DNA of 64,000 bases from positions 91,946,001 to 92,010,000 of the forward strand of contig OZ024744.1 of the NCBI GenBank assembly GCA_964016885.1, written 5' to 3'. Origin of the DNA: Eledone cirrhosa. Its lineage: Eukaryota. Numbering within the stretch: the stretch's first letter is position 1; each line of letters begins with the position of its first letter. A program made the translations under genes and the position numbers. Positions 54,242 to 64,000 of this stretch are shown piece by piece. Below the pieces are notes generated by a model. That model made no database searches. It was not told where the DNA came from and was given only the letters and a program-made list of their open reading frames with translations.

Positions 54242-54243
54242 AA

Positions 54244-54323
<80 letters not shown>

Positions 54324-54538
54324 AAATATATATATATATACAAACCTAAACGAATTTATTTAGAAAGTACACCATAAAATTACAGCATCGAAAAGTTATA
54401 CACACACACACATAGATATCACACAACACACACCCATTCATACAAGTCAGAATACACACATACAAACACATACACACGCACACAACACACACATATATAT
54501 ATACACACACTCAGACTACGTAAGCACATATGCCACAC

Positions 54539-54589
<51 letters not shown>

Positions 54590-54599
54590 TCACACACAC

Positions 54600-56065
54600 A
54601 TTGAGACTACGTAAACACATATGCCACACAACACACACATACATATCACACAACGTACACACACACATACATACCACACTACGTACACACACACACATAC
54701 ATACCACACTACGTACACACATACATACCACACAACACACACACACATACATACCACACTACGTACACAGACACACATACATACCACACAACGTACACAC
54801 ACACATACATACCACACAACACACACACACATACATACCACACTACGTACACACACACACATACATACCACACTACGTACACACATACATACCACACAAC
54901 ACACACACACATACATACCACACTACGTACACACATACATACCACACAACACACACACACATACATACCACACAACGTACACACTCACATACATACCACA
55001 CAACACACACATACATACCACACAACGTACACACACACATACCACACTACGTACACACATACATACCATACAACACACACACACATACATACCACACAAC
55101 GTACACACACACATACATACCACACAACACACGCATACATACCACACTACGCACACATATACATACCACACAACGTACACACACACATACATACCACACA
55201 ACGTACACACTCACATACATACCACACAACACACACACACATACATACCACACAACACACACATACATACCACACTACGTACACACATACATACCACACA
55301 ACACACACACACATACATACCACACAACGTACACACTCACATACATACCACACAACGTACACACACACATACATACCACACTACGTACACACATACATAC
55401 CATACAACACACACACACATACATACCACACAACGTACACACTCACATACATACCACACACACACACATACATACCACACAACGTACACACTCACATACA
55501 TACCACACAACGTACACACACACACATACATACTACACAACGTACACACACACACACCCATACCACACAACGTACACACACACATACATACCACACAACA
55601 CACACATACATACCACACTACGTACACACATACATACCACACAACACACACACACATACATACATACCACACAACGTACACACTCACATACATACCACAC
55701 AACGTACACACACATACTTACCACACAACGTACACACACACACATACATACCACACAACGTACACACACACATACATACCACACAACGTACACACATACA
55801 TACCACACAACACACACACACATACATACCACACTACGTACACACACACATACATACCACACTACGTACACACACACATACATACCACACAACGTACACA
55901 CACATACATAACACACTACGTACACACATACATACCACACAACACACACACACATACATACCACACAACGTACACACTCACATACATACCACACAACACA
56001 CACACACATACATACCACACAACGTACACACTCACATACATACCACACAACACACACACACATAT
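54600..56065. repeat. Complex CA-rich minisatellite (ACACATACATACCACAC(A/T)ACGT variants)
   Basis: Directly visible; source of the His/Thr/Tyr-rich ORFs. Confidence 0.95.
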
Positions 56066-56397
56066 ATACAAAAATAAAACAACAACAAAACTAACCAAAT
56101 TTATTAGAAAATAAAAAGAAAATTACATCGTCGAACAGTTACGATTATTATTTAAAGTAATTATTTAAAGTTAACTTTGCCTTTCATCCTTACGGGGTCG
56201 ATAAAATAAAGTACCAGTAATGTACTGGGTAATTTTCTGGCCTTGTGCCAATAGTAGAAACAATTATTTAAAGTTACACACATAAATACGCACACACACA
56301 TATATACACATATATACACATATACATTCATTCATACATACACACACACATATATACACATATACACACATATACATTCATTCATACATACACACAC

Positions 56398-56477
<80 letters not shown>

Positions 56478-56523
56478 AGGAAAAGCGAAGTAGTTTCAGA
56501 TGTTCAAGTCCTTTAATAATAAT

Positions 56524-56597
56524 GCTGTGATATATATTTCAATGACGACACTGGCCACACTGTTCTGTGTGCGAGTGTCGTGTCATCATCAGACAGC
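56524..56597 (-). ncRNA. Minimal hammerhead motif with a long stem II
   Basis: gctgt CTGATGA tgacacgacact...agtgtcgtcatt GAAA tatata TC acagc: 5-bp stem I. Confidence 0.85.
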
Positions 56598-56622
56598 TTG
56601 TTACATAATAAGGTTATGTTTA

Positions 56623-56692
56623 TGTCTGATGATGACACGACACTCGCACACAGAACAGTGTGGCCAGTGTCGTCATTGAAATATATATCACA
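56623..56692 (+). ncRNA. Minimal hammerhead motif (inverted copy; stem I trimmed to 3 bp)
   Basis: tgt CTGATGA...GAAA tatata TC aca. Confidence 0.8.
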
Positions 56693-56817
56693 GCATTATT
56701 ATTAAAGGTCTTGAACATCTGAAACTACTTCGCTTTTCCTTATTCGATATTTACTCCGTCACTCCTATGTGGAAAAAGTACGTTGAGTGCTTGAATTGAA
56801 TTGCACCAATATTTACC

Positions 56818-56857
<40 letters not shown>

Positions 56858-56861
<4 letters not shown>

Positions 56862-57064
56862 AGTGTGAAAGCAGCGATTCATTGCTTAAACTTTAATCTG
56901 TTATTTTAATAAATAAATAAATATATATATATATATTTATTAAAATAACAGATTAAAGTTTAAGCAAAGAATCGCTGCTTTCACCCTTAACGGGATTTTC
57001 TGATATATATTTATCCGTATCGAGCTCTCTTTGGATTTTAGTCTTCAAATTTATTATTATTACT
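56858..57064. mobile_element. Short (TA)n-associated dispersed repeat with a partial inversion; other copies at 6363-6497 and 17755-17838
   Basis: TTAAAGTTTAAGCAAAGAATCGCTGCTTTCACCCTTAACGG...GGATTTTAGTCTTCAAATTTATTATT. 56858-56914 is an inverted copy of 56935-56991. Confidence 0.75.
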
Positions 57065-57215
57065 ATATATATATATATAAGTAGAAGGGATATTTAATTT
57101 GTTGGAAGTCCGACAAATATAAATGTTTATAACTGATTTAGAGCACTCAACAGTTTACTGGAGTAAATATACAATGATATTCAATAAACGGAAACTATAT
57201 TTATAAAACCATATT

Positions 57216-57277
57216 TATTTTATTATATATATTTCAAGGGTACCAAAAATGTTGGTACGCTTTCATCAGATAAAATA
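57216..57277 (-). ncRNA. Minimal type-I hammerhead ribozyme motif
   Basis: tattttat CTGATGA aagcgtaccaa-cattt-ttggtaccctt GAAA tatata TA ataaaata: 8-bp stem I and 10/11-bp stem II. Confidence 0.9.
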
Positions 57278-57361
57278 CAAAGTTTGTTTTATAAATAGAG
57301 ACATACCCATGAAAATCATACCTTATCGGTTGGATATTCTCTGGATAGTGGAAATATATAT

Positions 57362-57773
57362 AGGACGCTGCCCCCTTAGAGGATACTGCTTGACTGATAG
57401 GGTTATATATAGATGCACTATTACTAGCCACAATAGCGTTAAACATTATATAGGGGCCACCTCCGGCCCGTTCAAAATTAGGTTTCGAACACATCTCCAC
57501 TCTTTCACAAATAGAAAACTAAGGCACTCCACTTCGCTCACGGACTACATCACATCACTAAAGGACTTAAACATCAGCTTCTCCACGCACTGGGAGATTG
57601 TCGGCAGGGCTGCACCGTACAACTTCAAGAGGAAATGCGATATTTGCTTCATGGAGCTCTACCACATCATAACTGCACCCCACGATCTCATCAACAGCAG
57701 AGCTGAAACAGCGATAAGTTGTACACATCGCTTAAAAATATCCTTCTTCAGATGGGTTAAGGATGAAGAGTGA
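57362..57773 (+). mobile_element. C-terminal GIY-YIG endonuclease of a 5'-truncated Penelope-like element (3' UTR to ~58155)
   Basis: CPLRGYCL...VIYRC...YIGATSGPFKIRFRTH...WEIV...CDICFME...IN.R.E...CTH: GIY-YIG motifs with the conserved R, E and N residues, and an uninterrupted frame to the stop at 57773. Confidence 0.9.
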
Positions 57774-58060
57774 AATAGTACACTGGATCTCCCTGCAACA
57801 AGTCTTAACACCCCGGCGGGCAGGCACTGCAAAATAACACCCAGGAGACAATCCTTGCATACCAGACCCAGCCTCAGACAAACGGATGCGGCAATAAAAA
57901 AAAGTTTGTCCGGGAAAGACTGCCCTAACACCGGCCAGAGTTACCTCCCGTGACCTGCTGCAAAATCAAAACAAGATATTTTTGCGAGCAATGAACCTTG
58001 ATGTGGATTTAACCCCCAAAACTCTTTCCGAGCAATATAAGGAACACTTGTGATTATTTA

Positions 58061-58100
58061 TGCCCTTGAGAAGCCCAACTGGGCGAAACGTACGTAGGTG
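58061..58100 (+). ncRNA. Hammerhead motif (U3-A8 core variant) in the 3' UTR of the GIY-YIG PLE
   Basis: tgccc TTGAGAA GCCC-aact-GGGC GAAA cgtacg TA ggtg, with AATAAA at 58109. Confidence 0.75.
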
Positions 58101-58584
58101 ATATTTTAAATAAACATGTTTTAACGGTCTATTCTCCGATTTTTTTACTTTCCCATATACACATATACATTCATTCATACACACACACATATATATATAT
58201 ACACACATATACATATATACATCCATACCTACACACACAAACACATATGTATATATATACACATATACATTATTCATACATACATACACACACCCACATA
58301 TATATATACACACACATATATACATATATACATACATCCATACACCCATACCTACATACCTACACACATGCATTCATTCATATATAAACCCCCCCACACA
58401 CACATATATATATATACACACATATATATATACACATACATCCATACCTACATACACACACACATGCAAAACTAAACGAATTTATTAGATAATCAAACAC
58501 ACACATTTACTCACACACATACGTACACACATACACACACATATATATATACATATACATACACACATACATATATACATACAT

Positions 58585-58623
<39 letters not shown>

Positions 58624-58709
58624 CGTAAATATACACACACATCCACACATGCACACACATATACACACAAACATATATGTATATACACACATATATACAT
58701 ACACACACA

Positions 58710-59312
58710 TGGTGGCTGCCAACTCGTTTTCGAGTACGGCCACTACTTTATATCCATGTAGGAGAACCCCTACCGATGCGCTGAGCGAGTGTGACTTTTT
58801 AGTCCAGCCAGCGACTTGAAAACTCTGGTACAAACACTACACTTGTGACAATTATTGACACATAGTGCTGGGGCCATGGTACCATGTGATGACAAGTGCA
58901 GAGAGATCTCCAGATATAAAGCAATGCCTGTGCCGTGAAGCTTTTATAGTGAGCAAAGGCACTGCACAAAGCCAGTCCCACTCTCTTAACCAAGATGATA
59001 TTTACCAAAAAGAACAAGTCAACATCATTGGATACCATCAGGGTTGCAGGTGTTAAATCAGAGTTTTCCTTCTCCTAGAATTCTGCCTTGACAAAGGCTA
59101 AGGGGTCATCTCTCCCGGTGATTTTGGATGGCCATTGACTCTTAAGAGCTCCTTTGCCCTTTGACAGGTTTTGTTTTAGTCCTGCAGGATGTCCAAAGTC
59201 ACCCTCCTCACCAAGAAACCTTGGTGGGGTTGCCAGTTTAGTCGCCAACGACCCGACCATGAGACAGGTTGTACTGGGATACATGTTCCAGTAGCACCAA
59301 CTGGTGACCTGA
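58710..59312 (-). mobile_element. ~600 bp non-autonomous element with an RTE-like 5' leader
   Basis: Homologous to 30859-31272; contains AGGAGAAGGAAAACTCTG; flanked by (CA/TA)n. Confidence 0.75.
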
Positions 59313-59812
59313 CAGACACACACACATATATATATACATACACACATAAATACACATATACACACAAAAATATATGTATACACACACACATGTATTCTAG
59401 GGCGGGTAAAATTCCCTAGATCCATGGACGAGTTCTCTCCAGCGGTCTCTCTCCCTCATTATCGCTGCCATGTCCTGCGTCTCCAACAGACCAGTGTCTG
59501 TTCTTAGGGCATCAACAATTTTTTTACCTTTTTACTTTTTATTATGTTTTAACCATTGCCTGTATTTTTTGCTTTAGTGTGCCATCAATTGTATCTGCAT
59601 CTTGTGGGATCTGCTTGTGCCCTAGCATTTAGCTGTGGTGCTTAACAACCCCAACATGTAACCCCTCCTTATTCGCCATCTCCCATCTCCCTATCTTTAC
59701 CCTCTATTGCATTCCGATTGTTCGTGTGACTAGGCTTTGTGTAGCTTATACTCAGCTTTGTGTAGCTTATACTCAGCTTTGTGGAGCTTATACTCAGCTC
59801 TGTGTTTATTGA

Positions 59813-59856
59813 GCTCTGAGGATCTTTACCAAACGGTAGGACGAAACATTGTAAGC
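59813..59856 (+). ncRNA. Minimal hammerhead motif
   Basis: gct CTGAGGA tctttacc-aaac-ggtaggac GAAA cattg TA agc, then AATAAA at 59858 and (TA)n about 40 bp later. Confidence 0.78.
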
Positions 59857-60159
59857 AAATAAAAACTGTTTGAGTATGTAAGCGTTCTTTGGTTTCTTTT
59901 ATATATATATATACATACACACACATGGACACATACACACATATATACAGACTCACACTAAAACACACACACACACACACACAGACATATATATATATAT
60001 ATATATACACCCGCCCCACTTACACACACACACGGTGTTTTAGAGGCAGGCTATGTTTGTATATGTATAGACATTCACATGTTGTAGATGCACGATGAAA
60101 TCTTTTGATATTTTATAGCCCTATTACAAAACCAAAATATAAACAATATTAAAAATAAA

Positions 60160-61096
60160 GATTAAAATAAAATTAAAAAAATAAATAAAATAAAATAAAA
60201 TGAAATAAAATAAAATGAAATAAAATAAAATAAAATAAAATAAAATGAAATAAAATAAAATAAAATTAAATTAAATTAAAATAAATAAAATAAAATAAAA
60301 TAAAATAAAATAAAATAAAATAAAATAAAATAAAATAAAATAAAATAAAATAAAATAAAATAAAATTAAATTAAATAAAATAAAATTAAATTAAATAAAA
60401 TAAACATGAAATAAAATTAAATAGAACTGGATGTTATATAACTAAATGTTTGTATTAAATTACTATTAAGAATCTACCACGATCTCTGATCAAACCACTT
60501 ACTTGCCTAACAAGTACAACTTGAAAAGAAACAAAGTAATATTTATTGTATGTATGTATATGGAAGTATATGTATATATGTTTATATGTATATGTATATA
60601 TGTATATGTGTATATGTATATGTATATATGTGTATATGTATATATGTATATGTATATATGTATATGTATATATGTATATATATGTATATATGTATATGAT
60701 TATATGTGTATATGTATATATGCATATGTAATATGTATATGTATATTTGTATATGTATATATATGTATATGTAATATATATATGTATATGTATATGTATA
60801 TATGTATATGTATATATGTATAGTATTATATATATGTATATGTATATATGTATATGTATATATGTATATGTCTATATGTATATGTGTATGTGTATATGTA
60901 TATGTATATGTATATGTGTATATGTATATATGTATATATGTATATGTATATATGTATATATGTATATGATTATATGTGTATATGTATATATGCATATGTA
61001 ATATGTATATGTATATTTGTATATGTATATATATGTATATGTAATATATATATATATGTATATGTATATATGTATATGTATTATATATATATATGT

Positions 61097-61134
<38 letters not shown>

Positions 61135-61610
61135 CTATATGTATATGTGTATATGTATATGTATATGTGTATATGTATATATGTATATGTGTATGTGTAT
61201 ATGTTTATATGTATATGTATATGTGTATATGTATATATGTATATGTGTATGTGTATATGTTTATATGTATATGTATATGTATATGTATATATGTATATGT
61301 ATATATGTATATGTAATATGTATATATATATATATGTATATGTATATATGTATATGTATATGTATATATGTATATGTGTATATGTAATATGTATATGTAT
61401 ATATGTATATGTATATATGTGTATATGTATATATGTGTATGTATATATGTATGTATATATGAATATATGTATATATGTATATATGTATATATGTATATAT
61501 GTATATATGTGTGTGTATATGTGTATATATGTGAGTATATATATATATATATATATGTATATATGTGTGTGTATATATGTATATATGTATGTTTGTGTTA
61601 GGATATGTAA

Positions 61611-61652
<42 letters not shown>

Positions 61653-61717
61653 TGTATTATATATTACATATATATGTATTAAAGACACATATATAATACA
61701 CACACATATATAATATA

Positions 61718-61813
<96 letters not shown>

Positions 61814-61830
61814 TTACATATATATAATAT
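60160..61830. repeat. (AAAAT)n followed by (TATATG)n/(TA)n
   Basis: Directly visible. Confidence 0.95.
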
Positions 61831-62181
61831 ATATTAAATAGGATAGGCCAGATACTTTAGCTTTGTTCAAGTAGGTGGCCGAGGAAGTAATATCGACAAC
61901 GAAATAAAACTAGGCCTATTGTTTCCTGTTTCGTATTGGTTGACAGGTGACTTGAACATACAGACACTCTGACCTCTGACCTGTCTCTGCTCTGTCATTG
62001 TTGATTGTACTTGTTGCATAATGTTCTATCTATAACTCTTAGAAACTCTTATAAATCTTGATGGTGTCAGTAAGGGGTGTCGTAGTCATTGATATATAAT
62101 GCACAGTGTCTTTCTTGGCCAACGTTTAAAGTATGGTCCGGGGTTTGGCGGTGTTTGGGACAGATTGAGAGAGACAGAGAG

Positions 62182-62230
<49 letters not shown>

Positions 62231-62270
62231 AAGAGAGAGAAAGAGAGAGGGAGAGGGAGAGAGAGAAAGA

Positions 62271-62363
<93 letters not shown>

Positions 62364-62375
62364 TGACAGAGAGAG

Positions 62376-62463
<88 letters not shown>

Positions 62464-62487
62464 ATATCTATCTATCTATCTATCTAT

Positions 62488-64000
62488 GTCCTCAGCTAAC
62501 TGCAAGAAAAAAAGGCTCTACTGCCAATACCCAAAACAACAACACAACCACCATAGCAACAACAACACACAAAAATAACCAAAACAAGAACAACAAACCA
62601 AACCGAAAGCACAGTCCCACCCAACCCCACTCCACCTAAAACCACTGCAAAAACACCCACAAACACAACAGTTCCCCCAAAACACACCCCTCCCAAATAA
62701 CACAGACGTCACAACGGACGAGGCCCCCTCATCATCACCAAGTGACGATGAGGGAGAGCCTCTCCGTTCGAAAAGAAAGAAGAAAAGACACCACAAGAAC
62801 AAAAAAGCAACAAACAACACTACAAACATACAACCACCAACACAAACAACACAAACAACACAAACATTACAAACAAAACCCCCCCCCCCCCCCGTCCCGA
62901 AACAAAACCACGACATGACTTCAAACACAAACACCTACAACAAAACGAAAGCTCACACAAGAACAACAGACAAAAACCAATACAATACAACAACAACATT
63001 ACACATACATAAACACCGAAAACAAAACTTTAATGGAGGTCATCTCCAACGACCCTTCGGTGAAAACCGAAGGGAAAACTTTTTCGAATTGTTTAGACAG
63101 ACCCAATTTAATAATGATTAGGGTCTCTACGGACACCTATAAGTCTATAAAGAAAAACTGTTCTAGGGACGTGGGTAATCCTTGCGTTAAACCCATTAAC
63201 CGCATCCTTTTAAAATGTTTCCCCACCCTCACCCCAGACACCCCACCCCACCAGACACTCCTCCCCACCAAACACCTCCTCCCCCACCCCGCCAGAAACC
63301 ACCACCCTACCAAACAACTCCTCCAACACCCCCATGGAAATCGTGCGACCTGGTCTCCCGGAAGCGAAAAGGTGAGTGAATTCTATTCCTTTTCTTTTCC
63401 AACTCTTCCTCACCGACATGGCGAATATAAGAGTCGGATCTGTAAATGTGCGCGGCCTGGGGATGCCCTGGAAACAGGGCAAACTCTTAAACGACCTCAG
63501 GTCGCACTGTATGGATGTGGTAGTCGTTTGCGAGTCCAGGATCCACAACGAGCGGCAGCTGGCCCTCATCTTCGACGACTTTGAGATCTACGCATCTCTC
63601 TGTCAGCCGGGAGGTGGGGGCGGGGTTGCCGTTTTGCTGCGGAAACACCTGGACCTCGAAACACAGACGGCTTATCTGGACCCAGAGGGTCAACTGGTGG
63701 TCCTAGACGTCAGCAGTGGTGAAGGTGCAGCCTTCAGACTGGTGGCCGTGTATGCCCCAACCGGGACTTGCGGCCAGACTTCTTCAAACGTCTAGAGACT
63801 TTTCTGGGAACGTGCCGTTCCTTGCATTTAGTGGGGGACTGGAATGGCATCCTAGACGTACGATGGGATTATGTGGGAGCATGTCCCGATAGAGGGGGGT
63901 GTAACAGCCTCAAACAGTTAATCGGCAGATTCCAACAGGCCGATAGATACCGACTAGATTTCCCGACTGCGCCATTGTGGACGTGGACGAACCTTAGCGG
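62488..64000 (+). mobile_element. L1/Tx1-type non-LTR retrotransposon: degraded ORF1 tail plus 5' part of ORF2 (APE), running off the window
   Basis: ATG at 63418: MANIRVGSVNVRGL...VVVCESR...GGVAVLL...DPEGQLV...VAVYAP. After a frameshift near 63765: DFFKRL...LVGDWNGILD...DRYR...WTW. It abuts a (TCTA)n tract. Confidence 0.85.

Larger units (their letters stand above)
56476..56743. repeat. ~120 bp-arm palindrome with a hammerhead in each arm
   Basis: Arms 56476-56595 and 56623-56743 are near-identical reverse complements, with a 27-bp spacer. Confidence 0.95.

Noticed and set aside
54601-56114. His/Thr/Tyr-rich ORFs
   Set aside because: A CA-rich minisatellite that lacks stop codons by composition.
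57249-57361. N-terminal part of the 174-aa ORF
   Set aside because: It overlaps the minus-strand hammerhead insert and starts at a non-ATG codon; only the part from about CPLRG onward is GIY-YIG.

Overview
Eukaryotic, AT-rich, microsatellite-saturated genomic DNA with one 200-N gap (38028-38227). The SINE, LINE and microsatellite make-up suggests a cephalopod such as Octopus (inference). No intact host gene is evident, and almost all long ORFs in the track are microsatellite or satellite artefacts. Protein-coding remnants are all retroelements: a CRE-clade restriction-like endonuclease (RLE) 3' end, a frameshifted near-full-length RTE LINE with an internal PHD-like finger nested inside an R4/NeSL-type RLE element, two Penelope-like (PLE) fragments, an APE fragment and the start of an L1/Tx1-type ORF2. 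There are also many tRNA-derived SINEs and several MITE families. The main unexplained signal is about a dozen minimal type-I hammerhead ribozyme motifs with largely unrelated sequences. They lie on both strands, mostly in short inserts within (TA)n tracts, and several sit in long palindromes. Two families carry the U3-A8 compensatory core and one motif is split by a SINE. Other signals: four satellite arrays each born from a different transposon whose monomer is also in the window, a ~3 kb inverted segmental duplication (1645-4803 vs 15797-19345), a candidate HDV-like ribozyme in an RTE-like 5' leader, and a speculative minus-strand chain of exons encoding a 104-aa signal-peptide protein.
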